64,000 nucleotides of DNA from contig JAGVOW010000080.1 in assembly GCA_020052515.1 (NCBI GenBank), forward strand, positions 7,993 through 71,992, in the 5' to 3' direction. Under the pieces are notes generated by a model that saw only the letters and a program-made list of their open reading frames with translations, had not been told where the DNA came from and ran no database searches. This document shows, one piece after another, positions 33,942 through 44,216 of the stretch. A program made the position numbers and the translations under genes. The DNA is from Brevinematales bacterium (GTDB lineage: Bacteria; Spirochaetota; Brevinematia; Brevinematales; JAOACQ01). Position 1 is the first letter of the stretch. The number at the start of each line of letters is the position of its first letter.

Positions 33942-34313
33942 TTACTTTTTTTCCAGAGCTTCCTCTACCAATTCAATCATTGCCGTCTCAGCGCCATCTG
34001 ATTTTCTATACCCCAGCTTGTATATTCGGGTATATCCGCCATTTCTGTTTTTATAACGCTGCGCAATATCATTAAACAACTTGGTCACAATGGCTCTATC
34101 TTTAATATCTTCGGCAATCAATCTCTTTGAATGAATCGTATTATTCTTCGACTTCGTAATAATCTTTTCCACATAAGGCCTGAGAGCCTTTGCCTTCTGA
34201 AGCGTTGTAACAATATTCTCATACTTTAAAAGAGCAGTAGATAAATTTATAAAAAGCGCCCTTCGATGAGATCTATTACGACTTAATTTTTTTAGCTTAT
34301 CCCCATGCTTCAT
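33942..34313 (-). CDS. rplQ: 50S ribosomal protein L17
   Basis: MKHGDKLKKLSRNRSHRRAL start. Follows rpoA. Confidence 0.95.
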   Translation of the reverse strand: MKHGDKLKKLSRNRSHRRALFINLSTALLKYENIVTTLQKAKALRPYVEKIITKSKNNTIHSKRLIAEDIKDRAIVTKLFNDIAQRYKNRNGGYTRIYKLGYRKSDGAETAMIELVEEALEKK

Positions 34314-34315
34314 AA

Positions 34316-35341
34316 CTATTCTCCTTCTTCCAGTTCTTCCATAGTTTGTCTTTCCAGAACATTTATTTCACCCTCTTCTTTCTGGTTAAGGCTTAAACCG
34401 TATAATTGAAGCTTCTCAGAAATTTCCGTCAATGACTTCTTACCAAAATTCTTGATCTTCATCAAAGAATCTCTATCGTACTTCAATAATTCACCAATAG
34501 TATTAATATTAGAGCTCTTCAAACAATTGAAAGATCTTACAGATAGCTCCAACTCAGTCACTGACTTAGACAATATATCATCACTTACAGCAACCTCAGA
34601 AGAATCCAATTTCACAACTTCCTCTTCCTCAGATTCAAATTCCACAAAAAGAGAGAAGTATTTTTTCAAAATCGCCGCAGCTTTTGACATAGAATCTATA
34701 GGAGAGATGACCCCTGTCGTCCAGAGTTCCATAGTAGCTTTTTCACAATCTGTTTTTTCACCAACGCGATAATCCTCAATCATATAGTTTACCCGAACAA
34801 TGGGAGAAAAAATTGCATCCACCGGTATGACAGAAATAACGGAATTAGAATCCAGTAAATCTTCTGCCGAGCGATAGCCTCTTCCCAGTTCAATCTGCAC
34901 ATCAAAATTAAGATCCGCTTCGTTATTCAAAGTAGCAATTTTCAAGTCACCATTAATAACTTCCACCGTAGCATCGACAGCAAAATCTTTTGCGAAAAGT
35001 TCTCCTTTCCCTGACTTGGAGATTCGAATCACTTTTTTATCGCTTCCGTCATTTAGAAATAACCGGATTTTCTTTACAGCCAGAATGATGTCTGTTAGAT
35101 CTTCCTTCACCCCTTTTATCGCCTCAAACTCATGACTGATTCCTTCGATTTTAATCGAAGTAATCGCATAGCCCGGTATATCACTTAAAAGAATCCTTCT
35201 TAAAGAATTGGCAATGGTTACCCCTACCCCTTTTTCAAAAGGATAAATAGTAAACTTTCCATAATTAGACGAATAGGAATTCTTTTCATATTTTATCTCA
35301 TGCGGTAGCATTATGTCTTTTAACAATCCCTTTTGAGTCAT
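34316..35341 (-). CDS. rpoA: DNA-directed RNA polymerase alpha subunit
   Basis: NSLRRILLS N-terminal-domain motif and a C-terminal-domain ELSVRSFNCLK helix-hairpin-helix. 341 aa. Confidence 0.95.
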   Translation of the reverse strand: MTQKGLLKDIMLPHEIKYEKNSYSSNYGKFTIYPFEKGVGVTIANSLRRILLSDIPGYAITSIKIEGISHEFEAIKGVKEDLTDIILAVKKIRLFLNDGSDKKVIRISKSGKGELFAKDFAVDATVEVINGDLKIATLNNEADLNFDVQIELGRGYRSAEDLLDSNSVISVIPVDAIFSPIVRVNYMIEDYRVGEKTDCEKATMELWTTGVISPIDSMSKAAAILKKYFSLFVEFESEEEEVVKLDSSEVAVSDDILSKSVTELELSVRSFNCLKSSNINTIGELLKYDRDSLMKIKNFGKKSLTEISEKLQLYGLSLNQKEEGEINVLERQTMEELEEGE

Positions 35342-35387
35342 TTAAACCTCCGTTTTTTAAACGCCGGGCCTTTCTTCTTTTATTTTA

Positions 35388-36020
35388 TTATTTTGAATAC
35401 AATTCAACAATCAACTGTTCGTTAATTTCAATCTCCGGATTCATTTCTGTCCGATTGGGAATAGAAAGCATCTTAAATTTTAAGGCATTATAATCCACTT
35501 CCAGCCACGCAGGAATAGCCTTATTCTGAGCAGATTCTATCGATTTCACTACCAAATCCAGATTCTTTACTTTATCAGAAATAACAATTTCCTCTCCTAC
35601 ATTCACCACATAAGAAGGAATATCCAATTTCTTACCGTTGATTCGAATATGTCCATGAGTAACTAACTGCCTAGCTGTTTTCTTTGATGGAGCAAAACCA
35701 GCCTTATGAACCAGGCTATCCAATCTTCTTTCTAAGTACTGCAAAAGCATTTCACCCGTCACGCCTTTATGCTTCGTTGCCATTTCAAAATATCTTTTGA
35801 ACTGGGTTTCATATAAACCATAATAACGTTTTACTTTCTGTTTTTCCCGAAGCTGCAGAGCATATTCCGTAGGTTTTCTGCTAAATTTTTTAGTCTTCCC
35901 CGGAGGGCTTGACTTTTTATTCATCGTACAAGCTTGAGAATAACATTTATCGCCTTTCAAAAACAACCGCCCGGCTTCCCTTCGGCAAAGCCTGCATGAA
36001 GGGCCTGTATATCTTCCCAT
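35388..36020 (-). CDS. rpsD: 30S ribosomal protein S4 (Cys-rich zinc-ribbon-type N-terminus)
   Basis: MGRYTGPSCRLCRREAGRLFLKGDKC start. The longer ORF to 36074 would overlap rpsK. Confidence 0.93.
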   Translation of the reverse strand: MGRYTGPSCRLCRREAGRLFLKGDKCYSQACTMNKKSSPPGKTKKFSRKPTEYALQLREKQKVKRYYGLYETQFKRYFEMATKHKGVTGEMLLQYLERRLDSLVHKAGFAPSKKTARQLVTHGHIRINGKKLDIPSYVVNVGEEIVISDKVKNLDLVVKSIESAQNKAIPAWLEVDYNALKFKMLSIPNRTEMNPEIEINEQLIVELYSK

Positions 36021-36039
36021 ATTTTTACCTCTCCAACTA

Positions 36040-36435
36040 TTATACTCTTCTCTTCTTTCTCGGACGACACCCATTGTGCGGAATAGGCGTGATATCTCTC
36101 ATTGTCTTAACTTTGAGACCCGCAGCGTCCAAGGCTCGAATTGCTGATTCCCTACCCGGCCCAGGACCTCTCAAACGTATATGTACATACTGAATTCCAT
36201 GAAACTTCGCCAGCTCCACAGCCTTCTCAGCGGCCAGTTGAGCTGCGTAGGGAGTGCCTTTTTTCGTGCCCTTGAAACCGACGCTTCCGGAACTAGCCCA
36301 GGAAAGAGAATTTCCATTAACGTCCGTTATATTAATAATCGTATTATTAAAAGTCGCCTGGATATTCGCTATGCCTTCCAGCACATTCTTTTTTTCTTTC
36401 CTTTTCTTTGTCGCTGCAACTGCCTTCTTAGCCAT
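36040..36435 (-). CDS. rpsK: 30S ribosomal protein S11
   Basis: [18 protein letters not shown] ... [15 protein letters not shown]. Confidence 0.95.
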   Translation of the reverse strand: MAKKAVAATKKRKEKKNVLEGIANIQATFNNTIINITDVNGNSLSWASSGSVGFKGTKKGTPYAAQLAAEKAVELAKFHGIQYVHIRLRGPGPGRESAIRALDAAGLKVKTMRDITPIPHNGCRPRKKRRV

Positions 36436-36453
36436 TCACTTTCCTCCATTACC

Positions 36454-36822
36454 TTATTTCTTTTTACCAATAGCGTTCGAACGAGGGCCTTTCCATGTCC
36501 TCGCGTTAGTCCTTGTCCTCTGGCCTCTTACAGGCAACCCCACTTTATGCCTATGACCCCTATAAGAACCCGTTTCAATCAAACGCTTAATATTGAGAGA
36601 AACTTCAGTTCTAAGGTCACCTTCCACTTTGTGGTTTTCTTCAATAATATCCCTGATTTTCGCCAACTCGTCTTCTGTCAAATCTTTTACTTTTTTATGT
36701 AAATCAATCTTGGCCTGATCTAGAATTTTATCAGCGGTATGATTACCTATCCCATAAATATAAGTCAATCCAATAAAAACAGCCTTATTTCCGGGAATTT
36801 CCCTTCCAGCGATTCTCGCCAT
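36454..36822 (-). CDS. rpsM: 30S ribosomal protein S13
   Basis: [13 protein letters not shown] ... [23 protein letters not shown]. Confidence 0.95.
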   Translation of the reverse strand: MARIAGREIPGNKAVFIGLTYIYGIGNHTADKILDQAKIDLHKKVKDLTEDELAKIRDIIEENHKVEGDLRTEVSLNIKRLIETGSYRGHRHKVGLPVRGQRTRTNARTWKGPRSNAIGKKK

Positions 36823-36840
36823 TTACAACCTCCGTATCAT

Positions 36841-36969
36841 TTAAGATCTTTTATTTCCCATTTGCCTCTGCTTGTGTTTCGGTTCATCACAAACAATCAT
36901 AACCAACCCATGCCTTCTAATAACTCTACACTTATCACACATCTTTTTAACCGAAGACCTTACTTTCAT
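36841..36969 (-). CDS. rpmJ: 50S ribosomal protein L36 (42 aa; below the ORF-track cutoff)
   Basis: My translation is [42 protein letters not shown], with the Cys3His zinc motif. Sits between infA and rpsM. Confidence 0.9.
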   Translation of the reverse strand: MKVRSSVKKMCDKCRVIRRHGLVMIVCDEPKHKQRQMGNKRS

Positions 36970-36979
36970 ATGCTTTCTC

Positions 36980-37201
36980 CTACTTGTATCGATAAACTAT
37001 TCTGCCCTTTGTTAAATCATAAGGCGACATTTCCAGAGTCACCTTATCGCCTGGTATAATCTTAATATAATTCATTCGCATTTTTCCAGATATATGCGCT
37101 AAAATCTGCTTTTTCCCCTCGAGTTCCACTTTGAACATCGCATTAGGAAGCTGTTCCAAAACTGTCCCATCAAACCTTATAACGTCTTCTTTGTCCATCA
37201 T
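36980..37201 (-). CDS. infA: Translation initiation factor IF-1
   Basis: [19 protein letters not shown]...[21 protein letters not shown]1-like fold signature. Confidence 0.95.
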   Translation of the reverse strand: MMDKEDVIRFDGTVLEQLPNAMFKVELEGKKQILAHISGKMRMNYIKIIPGDKVTLEMSPYDLTKGRIVYRYK

Positions 37202-37851
37202 GCAGACTTTAAAACCTCCATAATATCTTTAAAAACCAAATCCACACCCTGTTCACCATTTACTTTGAAAAGAATCCCCTGTTTAGAATAATGATCTATC
37301 AGAGGAGACGTTTCCTTTTTATAAACTTCCATCCTCTGCTTTACTGTTTCTTCATTATCATCATTTCTCTGAGTAAGAACAATGCCATCCACATCGCATT
37401 TAGAGTTTTCTTTCGGGGGAGTATAGTAAATATTGTAAATTTTCCCGCATTGAGGACAAGTACGTCGCCCAGTCAGACGTTTCATCAAATTTTCTTCGTT
37501 TACGTCTATCTGCACCACTTTGTTCAGCTTTAAGTGAGAAGCATGCCGATCGAAAAGCTCTGCCTGATTTAGTGTTCTCGGAAAACCATCCAAAAGAAAG
37601 CCGTTTTTACAATCATCCTGGCCTAATCTCTCAATCACTATTTTTACCACTATATCATCCGGGATGAGAAGGCCTTTATTCATAAACTCAAGAATCTGAT
37701 CCACTGGAAAACTGCCTTTATAAGTCCCCTTCACGATAGCCCTGAAAATATCTCCCGTAGAAATATGAGGAATTTTCAAAACCTCACAAATTTTTTCCGA
37801 CTGAGTGCCTTTTCCTCCACCTGGAGGCGCCACAAGAGACAATCTAATCAT
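37198..37851 (-). CDS. adk: Adenylate kinase (zinc-lid type)
   Basis: P-loop [10 protein letters not shown]. Lid CPQCGKIYN...CDVDG. Confidence 0.93.
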   Translation of the reverse strand: MIRLSLVAPPGGGKGTQSEKICEVLKIPHISTGDIFRAIVKGTYKGSFPVDQILEFMNKGLLIPDDIVVKIVIERLGQDDCKNGFLLDGFPRTLNQAELFDRHASHLKLNKVVQIDVNEENLMKRLTGRRTCPQCGKIYNIYYTPPKENSKCDVDGIVLTQRNDDNEETVKQRMEVYKKETSPLIDHYSKQGILFKVNGEQGVDLVFKDIMEVLKSA

Positions 37852-39177
37852 TTAATACCCCTTCTTCGAAGCAGACCTGGTTAAGAATCCATCCATATGG
37901 TGCATCATTAAATGCGACTCAATTTGCTTTAAAGTATCCAATGCCACTCCCACCATAATCAAAAGAGAGGTACCGCCCATCAAATAACCAAGGTTGCTGG
38001 GAACATTAAATATCTTAATTACAATATTAGGCATCAGGGCAATGATTCCCAAAAAGAAGGAACCGGGTAAAGTAATGCGCGAAAGGGTATAAGCTAAAAA
38101 CTCTTCCGTCTTCTGGCCAGGCCTTACTCCTGGAACAAAACCACCCTGTTTTCTGAGATTTTCCGCTATATCGTGTGGATTCAACTCAATCTCTGTATAG
38201 AAATAAGCAAAGAAAATAATTAAACTGAAATACACTATCATATAAAGCGGTTTATCAAACGCCATGTTAGCGCTAATCGCTTTAAATATCTCAAATTTCT
38301 CTCCAAACCACTGCGCCAGCTGAATCGGAATAATCAAAAGCGATGAAGCAAAAATAATGGGTATCACACCCGTGGGATTTACTTTAAAGGGAAGAAAAGT
38401 AACCTGCCCTCCCCCTTGAGAAGCCCCACCAGCTGTTCTGTTTGCGTATTGAACCGGAATTTTTCTTAAGCCCTGTTCTTCAAAGACAACAAAGCCAATA
38501 ATAACGGCAAATAAAGCCAGTACTATCACCAAATTCATCGGATCCGTACCGCCTTTTTCAACACCAGCAAAAAGTCTAACAATAGAATGCGGCAATCTCG
38601 CTACAATACCTGCCATAATAATAAGAGAAATTCCATTTCCTATGCCTCTTTCGGTAATCTGCTCTCCCATCCACATAAGTATTAAGGTACCAGCAGTAAC
38701 CGCCAGAGTAAAGATAACTATAAAAGCCGAATCACCGACAGCTAAAAAAGCACCAGTCGCATTGTCATTAATCAGCCCCCTGGCGTAAATAAATCCCTGA
38801 ACAAGAGTAACAGCAACCGTACCCAATCTACCGTACTGCTGAAACTTCTTTCTGCCTTCAGGCCCCTCTTTGAGCATTCTATCTACAGAGGGAACCACTG
38901 CTTTTAAAAGCTGCATAATAATCGTTGCTGTAATGTAAGGCATAACACCCAGAGAAAAAACAGAGGCGTTTTCTCTTGCGCCTCCTGTAAACAAATTTAA
39001 AAAATCTGCAAATCCACCCTGCGCCCCATGTTGATTCATTTCCAACAATCGAGCCAGATCAATACCAGGAACAGGGATCTGAGCGCCTATACGAAAAACC
39101 ACCAGAATTCCCAGCGTAAACAAAAACTTCTTTCTGAGTTCCGGTATTTTAAAAATGTTAAGAAACGCTTTCCACAT
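37852..39177 (-). CDS. secY: Preprotein translocase subunit SecY
   Basis: ELRKKFLFTLGILVVFRIG and a 10-TM profile. The ATG at 39177 has a GGGAG RBS; the track start at 39189 is a GTG. Confidence 0.93.
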   Translation of the reverse strand: MWKAFLNIFKIPELRKKFLFTLGILVVFRIGAQIPVPGIDLARLLEMNQHGAQGGFADFLNLFTGGARENASVFSLGVMPYITATIIMQLLKAVVPSVDRMLKEGPEGRKKFQQYGRLGTVAVTLVQGFIYARGLINDNATGAFLAVGDSAFIVIFTLAVTAGTLILMWMGEQITERGIGNGISLIIMAGIVARLPHSIVRLFAGVEKGGTDPMNLVIVLALFAVIIGFVVFEEQGLRKIPVQYANRTAGGASQGGGQVTFLPFKVNPTGVIPIIFASSLLIIPIQLAQWFGEKFEIFKAISANMAFDKPLYMIVYFSLIIFFAYFYTEIELNPHDIAENLRKQGGFVPGVRPGQKTEEFLAYTLSRITLPGSFFLGIIALMPNIVIKIFNVPSNLGYLMGGTSLLIMVGVALDTLKQIESHLMMHHMDGFLTRSASKKGY

Positions 39178-39205
39178 AATTACTCCCACAAGAGGCGGTA
39201 AAAAA

Positions 39206-39655
39206 CTAACCCTTTATCAAGCTAACCTTTCCACCCAGCTCTTCTATCTTCGCCTTCGCTGCTTCAGAACAGTGATTCACACTAATCGAAAGGCCTTTCA
39301 CCTTTAATTCCCCATTTGCTAAAAGCTTTACAGGAATAGAAATGTTTTTCACAATACCCTGCTTTTTCAAAAGATCTACCGTGACTTCAGCCCCTTCCGG
39401 GAAAACATTTAAGGCAGAAACATTAAAAATATTGAGAAAAACCTTCTCCGGCCTCTTGAAGCCTCTTTTGGGAAGCCTTCTATAAAGAGGCATCTGCCCG
39501 CCCTCAAAACGAGGGTTAATAAAGCCGCCAGATCTTGCTTTTTGGCCTTTTTGGCCTCTTCCACAATATCTTCCTCTGCCATTTCCACAGCCGCGGCCTA
39601 TTCTTTTAGCTTTTTTTACCGCCGACCGGTCTACTTTTATCTGAATAACTGACAT
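39206..39655 (-). CDS. rplO: 50S ribosomal protein L15
   Basis: KRIGRGCGNGRGRYCGRGQKGQKARSGG. The ATG at 39655 has a GGAGG RBS. The longer ORF would overlap rpsE. Confidence 0.93.
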   Translation of the reverse strand: MSVIQIKVDRSAVKKAKRIGRGCGNGRGRYCGRGQKGQKARSGGFINPRFEGGQMPLYRRLPKRGFKRPEKVFLNIFNVSALNVFPEGAEVTVDLLKKQGIVKNISIPVKLLANGELKVKGLSISVNHCSEAAKAKIEELGGKVSLIKG

Positions 39656-39674
39656 AATTCCTCCAAAGCCACGA

Positions 39675-40199
39675 CTATTGCTGAGAAATACCAAAGATTT
39701 CCGCAATGGATTTGTCCCTTCTTAACGCTACGCTCGAAATATCCATCAAATTGTACAAAGCGCTCAACGTTGCCTTCACCAGGTTAACCGGGTTATTAGA
39801 GCGCAAAGACTTTGTTAAAACATCCCGAATACCTACCAATTCCAAAACCGGTCTAACAGCGCTGCCTGCAATCACTCCAGTACCCTTAGAAGCGGGCTTT
39901 AAAAATATAACCCCGCTTTTAAACTTGCCCATTATTTCATGAGGGATCGTCGTATTTTTCATGTGTATCGGTTTCGCATTTTTTATCGCTTTATCTTTTG
40001 CCTTCTTTATCGCATCCGCTAATTCATTTGCTTTACCGTACCCAATTCCCACAAGGCCCTTTCCATTTCCAACAATCACAATCGCGTTAAAACGAAACCT
40101 CTTGCCTCCAGTGGTCACTTTGGCTGCCCTTCTTAAGCTAACCACTTTTTCTCCCCATTCGCTTTTTGGGGCATTTTTAAAGCCTTCTCTCTCAGCCAT
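39675..40199 (-). CDS. rpsE: 30S ribosomal protein S5
   Basis: VVSLRRAAKVTTGGKRFRFNAIVIVGNGKG. Confidence 0.95.
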   Translation of the reverse strand: MAEREGFKNAPKSEWGEKVVSLRRAAKVTTGGKRFRFNAIVIVGNGKGLVGIGYGKANELADAIKKAKDKAIKNAKPIHMKNTTIPHEIMGKFKSGVIFLKPASKGTGVIAGSAVRPVLELVGIRDVLTKSLRSNNPVNLVKATLSALYNLMDISSVALRRDKSIAEIFGISQQ

Positions 40200-40221
40200 T
40201 ATTCACCTCAAACACTTATAT

Positions 40222-40590
40222 TTAGAATTGTATACCGGCTTCCCGGCAAGCATCCGCTAAAGCTTTGATTTTGCCATGGTACTTGAAACCATTTCTGTCA
40301 AAGCAAATCGACTTAATTTTTAATGATTTCAGTTTCTTTCCCATTTCAGCGCCCAAATCCTTAGCGCTTCCTATGTTTTTACCCAACTTCTTATCTTTAA
40401 GATCTTTAGAAATGGAAGAAAGAGAACAAACCACCTTTCCATTAGTATCATCTATCACTTGAAGATAAAGATACTTTCTAGATCGATAAACCACCATTCT
40501 TGGCCGTTCAACAGAAAACGTTAAGCTACCTTTACTTCTTCTTTTCGCCTTCAGAAATCTTTTCCTTTTATTTTTTACTAAATCATACAT
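40222..40590 (-). CDS. rplR: 50S ribosomal protein L18
   Basis: RPRMVVYRSRKYLYLQVIDD ... FDRNGFKYHGKIKALADACREAG. Confidence 0.95.
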   Translation of the reverse strand: MYDLVKNKRKRFLKAKRRSKGSLTFSVERPRMVVYRSRKYLYLQVIDDTNGKVVCSLSSISKDLKDKKLGKNIGSAKDLGAEMGKKLKSLKIKSICFDRNGFKYHGKIKALADACREAGIQF

Positions 40591-40613
40591 AAAAAATCCC
40601 CTTGAATCCAGCC

Positions 40614-41153
40614 TTATTTAGCCGATTTTCCTTCTTTTAATTTAATCTGTTCATCGCTGTACCGCACACCTTTTCCTTTATATGGCTCTGGAGGCTTGAT
40701 AGCGCGAATATTCGCCGCAACCTGTCCAACCAGATGTTTATCATGGCCGCTCACAACTAGCGTATTTAGATTTTCAACCTTCAGAATAACTCCTTCAGGA
40801 ATCTTATAAACAGCCGGTTTTGAAAAACCAACCGTTAAAACCAAATCCTTTCCCTTTAATTCCCATTTATAACCCAATCCCTGGATCAAAAGGGTCTTGG
40901 AAAACCCCTGAGAAACTCCCATTATTGAATTACGGATTAGGCTCCAATACAATCCCTGTGAAGCTCTATGAACATTAGAATCACCCTTTCTATTGACCAT
41001 TACTTCCTTTTCCTGAACAGAAATATCAACATAGTGAGATAAGAAATCCTGCTGTATCTTTCCCAGCTTTCCTTCTACTAAATATTTATTGCCCTGAACA
41101 GAAACCTTCACTCCGTCCGGAATTACTAATCCCTTTTTTGCTAACCTCGACAT
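40614..41153 (-). CDS. rplF: 50S ribosomal protein L6
   Basis: MSRLAKKGLVIPDGVKV ... PEPYKGKGVRY. The ATG at 41153 has an AGGAG RBS. Confidence 0.95.
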   Translation of the reverse strand: MSRLAKKGLVIPDGVKVSVQGNKYLVEGKLGKIQQDFLSHYVDISVQEKEVMVNRKGDSNVHRASQGLYWSLIRNSIMGVSQGFSKTLLIQGLGYKWELKGKDLVLTVGFSKPAVYKIPEGVILKVENLNTLVVSGHDKHLVGQVAANIRAIKPPEPYKGKGVRYSDEQIKLKEGKSAK

Positions 41154-41163
41154 AGCAACACTC

Positions 41164-41547
41164 CTACCAGATATAACATAAAACTTCGCCGCCCACACCT
41201 AATGATTTTGCTTCTTTGTCCGTCAACACTCCTTTCGAAGTGGAAATAACCGCAACACCAAAATTGTTAAACACTCTCGGGACTGCGTCCCGCTTCACAT
41301 AAATTCTCTTACTCATCCTGCTGATTCTTTTCAAGCCCTGTATAGCAGGTTTTCCACTCACATATTTTAATAAAACAGTATAACGATAAGGAGAATCCTG
41401 AGAATCTTTAAAATCAGCAATATAGCCTTCTTTTCTCATAATGCTGAGAACATCTCTCACTATCCCCGATTTTACCACTTCCACTTTCGGAAACTTTCTA
41501 GGAAGCACGTTTCTTATTTTTGTCAATGAATCTGCTATCGTATCCAT
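41164..41547 (-). CDS. rpsH: 30S ribosomal protein S8
   Basis: DTIADSLTKIRN ... GVAVISTSKGVLTDKEAK..GVGGEVLCYIW. Confidence 0.95.
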   Translation of the reverse strand: MDTIADSLTKIRNVLPRKFPKVEVVKSGIVRDVLSIMRKEGYIADFKDSQDSPYRYTVLLKYVSGKPAIQGLKRISRMSKRIYVKRDAVPRVFNNFGVAVISTSKGVLTDKEAKSLGVGGEVLCYIW

Positions 41548-41572
41548 AATTTCCTCTCCAAAATCGCCATCA

Positions 41573-41758
41573 TTACCAGCTGGATTTTACAACACCAGGA
41601 ATTAAGCCCTGTGAAGCATATTTCCTAAAACATTGCCTGCAAAGGCCAAAATCACGAATATAAGCTCTCGGCCTTCCGCATAGCTCGCATCTATTATATT
41701 CTCTTACTTTAAACTTTTGGGGTTTTTTCCACTTAACAACCAATGACTTTTTAGCCAT
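41573..41758 (-). CDS. rpsN: 30S ribosomal protein S14, type Z (zinc-binding, 61 aa)
   Basis: [22 protein letters not shown]. Confidence 0.95.
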   Translation of the reverse strand: MAKKSLVVKWKKPQKFKVREYNRCELCGRPRAYIRDFGLCRQCFRKYASQGLIPGVVKSSW

Positions 41759-41821
41759 TATTTCCTCCTATGAGAAAAATTGCTGTGCAATTTTTCGGCT
41801 ATTTTTAAACCTCTTAAACGT

Positions 41822-42595
41822 CTATTTTTCCTTAAAAGGAAAACCTAAATGCTTAAAAAGCTGATAAGCTTCTTCATCTGTTTTTGCCGTAGTCACTATC
41901 GTTATATCCATACCACGAACTTTTTTTACTTTATCGTAATCAATTTCAGGAAAAACCAATTGTTCTTTCAAGCCCACTGTAAAATTCCCTCTTCCATCAA
42001 ATCCGGACTGGCTCAGGCCCTTGAAGTCACGAACACGAGGAAGGGCAATTGTAACCAGCTTATCAACAAAATCGTACATTCTATTGCCTCTCAAATTAAC
42101 CTTCACCCCTATAGGCATACCCTCTCTTAAGTGAAAGTTTGAGATAGACTTTTTCGCAAAAGTCTTCACCGCTTTCTGCGCAGCAATAATTGTCATTTCC
42201 TCTACGGCAGGATCTAATATAGTCTTATCCTGTGTTGCTTCACCCAGCCCCATATTAATAACCACTTTTACCAACCTAGGGATCGCCATAGGTGTAGTAT
42301 ATTTATACAAGTCTTTCAAGGCCTTACAAACTTCATCTTCATAGCGCTTTTTTAATCTAGCTACATAATTCTTGGAAACCGAGGGTGCTAGATGAGGTTT
42401 TTTTGACTGCACAGCAGAAGAGCCATCAGAAGCTTTTTTCGCGCCTGTCTGAGTCTTTTTCGGCTGACTTTCTTTTTTAGTAGTTTCTATTTTCGAAGCT
42501 TCCACTGAAGCAACTTCTTTCTCTATCTTAGGTTCTTTTTTTACTTGCGTTGCCTTTTTTGCTTTCGCAGTACCCACTTTCTTTTCCGTGCTCAT
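41822..42595 (-). CDS. rplE: 50S ribosomal protein L5 with an N-terminal Lys/Glu-rich extension of about 76 aa
   Basis: The canonical L5 core runs from [11 protein letters not shown] to FPFKEK ([35 protein letters not shown]). The ATG at 42595 has an AGAGGGTGA RBS 14 nt after the rplX stop. There is no in-frame ATG near the canonical start. Confidence 0.9.
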   Translation of the reverse strand: MSTEKKVGTAKAKKATQVKKEPKIEKEVASVEASKIETTKKESQPKKTQTGAKKASDGSSAVQSKKPHLAPSVSKNYVARLKKRYEDEVCKALKDLYKYTTPMAIPRLVKVVINMGLGEATQDKTILDPAVEEMTIIAAQKAVKTFAKKSISNFHLREGMPIGVKVNLRGNRMYDFVDKLVTIALPRVRDFKGLSQSGFDGRGNFTVGLKEQLVFPEIDYDKVKKVRGMDITIVTTAKTDEEAYQLFKHLGFPFKEK

Positions 42596-42609
42596 TCTTT
42601 CACCCTCTT

Positions 42610-42921
42610 CTATTCAAATTTATGGCCGCATTTCTTACAAAGTCTTTTTTTATCGCCATTCTGCTGAATCTGCAACGCTGCTCTTATTCCCTTGCCGCAT
42701 TTCGCACAAAAAAGCATCGCATTAGAAACATGAATCGGGGCCTCAATTTCTATAAAACCACCCGATGGCTTTTCCTTCGATTTCTTCACCGACTTTTTTA
42801 CAATGTTAATCCCTTTTACAATCAAACCTTTATTCTTATCCACCCGGATAATCTCACCTTTTTTGGACTTATCTTTTCCAGCGATAACAATAACTTGATC
42901 GCCTTTCTTTATCCTTTCCAT
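42610..42921 (-). CDS. rplX: 50S ribosomal protein L24 (four-Cys C-terminal form)
   Basis: [24 protein letters not shown] motif. CAKCGKG...CKKCGH. Confidence 0.95.
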   Translation of the reverse strand: MERIKKGDQVIVIAGKDKSKKGEIIRVDKNKGLIVKGINIVKKSVKKSKEKPSGGFIEIEAPIHVSNAMLFCAKCGKGIRAALQIQQNGDKKRLCKKCGHKFE

Positions 42922-42933
42922 AAAAACATTCTC

Positions 42934-43302
42934 CTAAAATACTTCCGGCGCTAGAGACACAATTTTCATAAAATTCTTTTCCCTGAGCTCTCTGGCTACA
43001 GGACCAAATATTCTAGTGCCCCTCGGTTCATTCTGCTTATCTATTAAAACAGCAGAGTTTCTATCAAACCGCAGACAAGAGCCATCTTTTCTCCTGATCT
43101 CCTTCGCGACCCTCACCACTACAGCCCTTACTACCTCTCCTTTCTTAACAGAAGCATTAGGAAGAGCTGATTTGACACTTGCCGTAATCGTATCACCAAT
43201 ATAGGCATACCTTCTCTTCGAACTTCCTTCCACATGAAAACATTCTATTTCTTTAGCTCCTGTATTATCCGCCACATCGAGACGGCTTCCCAGCATGATC
43301 AT
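42934..43302 (-). CDS. rplN: 50S ribosomal protein L14
   Basis: [15 protein letters not shown] ... [11 protein letters not shown]. Confidence 0.95.
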   Translation of the reverse strand: MIMLGSRLDVADNTGAKEIECFHVEGSSKRRYAYIGDTITASVKSALPNASVKKGEVVRAVVVRVAKEIRRKDGSCLRFDRNSAVLIDKQNEPRGTRIFGPVARELREKNFMKIVSLAPEVF

Positions 43303-43320
43303 TTCAAGCCTCCCTCGCTC

Positions 43321-43572
43321 TTACTGCCCCAAAATTTCAAGCAAAACCCACTTCTTTCTTTTGCTAATGGGAATAGATTCCTGTATCACCACTTTGTCGC
43401 CTATCTTACTCTTGTTTTCCGCGTCATGGACACAAAACTTTTTTCTTACTTTTATATACTTACCATAAACAGGATGTTTTTTCTGCCTTTCCACTACTAC
43501 AATCCTGCTTTTATCCATTTTATCGCTCACAACAATAGCAACAGTTTTTCTCTTTGTTTCGGCTGTTTTCAT
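43321..43572 (-). CDS. rpsQ: 30S ribosomal protein S17
   Basis: VVSDKMDKSRIVVVER..KHPVYGKYI...KFCVHDAEN. Confidence 0.95.
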   Translation of the reverse strand: MKTAETKRKTVAIVVSDKMDKSRIVVVERQKKHPVYGKYIKVRKKFCVHDAENKSKIGDKVVIQESIPISKRKKWVLLEILGQ

Positions 43573-43796
43573 ATTTTATCTCCCGCCGCTTTTAGTTCTT
43601 CTTCTTTTAACAATGTATTAACCACCGCGAGCTTTTTTCTAAGATCCCTTTTCTGCATAGGATTTTTTGGTTTCTCAATTTTAGCCTGAAAACGAATCAA
43701 ACGCAACTGGTTTTGAATATCTCTATTCGTTTTATTCAGCTCTTGAACAGATAATTCCCTTAATTCCTTAATCTTACTTTTTGTCATATAATCCAT
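43569..43796 (-). CDS. rpmC: 50S ribosomal protein L29
   Basis: KELRELSVQELNK...LRLIRFQ pattern. Sits between rplP and rpsQ. Confidence 0.9.
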   Translation of the reverse strand: MDYMTKSKIKELRELSVQELNKTNRDIQNQLRLIRFQAKIEKPKNPMQKRDLRKKLAVVNTLLKEEELKAAGDKI

Positions 43797-43802
43797 CCTG
43801 TT

Positions 43803-44216
43803 TTAATCTTCCACTCTTTTGACAAACTTTACCTTTATAGGAAGTTTATGAGAAGCCAATCTAAAAGCTTCTTTCGCATCCGTTTCATTCACACCAGCTA
43901 TTTCAAATAAAACACGGCCTGGTTTTATTACAGCGACCCAGCCTTCCGGCATACCTTTTCCTTTTCCCATTCTCACGCCTTCGCCCTTTCGTGTAGTAGG
44001 CTTATCCGGAAAAACCTTCACCCATAGCTTCACGCCTCTTTTCAAATACCTATTCACAGCAACTCTTGCCGCTTCAATCTGACGATCCGTCAGCCATATT
44101 GGCTCTAAAGAAATAATTCCATATTCACCAAACGTAACCAAGTTTCCTTTATTTGCGTTGCCTTTTATAGTCCCTCTTTGCTGTTTTCTGTATTTTGTAC
44201 GACTCGGAAAAAGCAT
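43803..44216 (-). CDS. rplP: 50S ribosomal protein L16
   Basis: [15 protein letters not shown] ... [23 protein letters not shown]. Confidence 0.95.
   Translation of the reverse strand: MLFPSRTKYRKQQRGTIKGNANKGNLVTFGEYGIISLEPIWLTDRQIEAARVAVNRYLKRGVKLWVKVFPDKPTTRKGEGVRMGKGKGMPEGWVAVIKPGRVLFEIAGVNETDAKEAFRLASHKLPIKVKFVKRVED

Noticed and set aside
35388-36074. N-terminally extended versions of rpsD (to 36074), rplF (to 41198), rplO (to 39706), secE (to 63418), rpmG (to 63704), secY (to 39189) and cimA (to 30382) as listed in the ORF track.
   Set aside because: In each case an internal ATG aligns with the canonical protein N-terminus and has a good RBS. The extension overlaps the upstream gene, a tRNA or a promoter, so I preferred the shorter models.
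36181-36702. 173-aa plus-strand ORF opposite rpsK/rpsM, and 36254..36556.
   Set aside because: Antisense to conserved ribosomal protein genes. Shadow ORFs.
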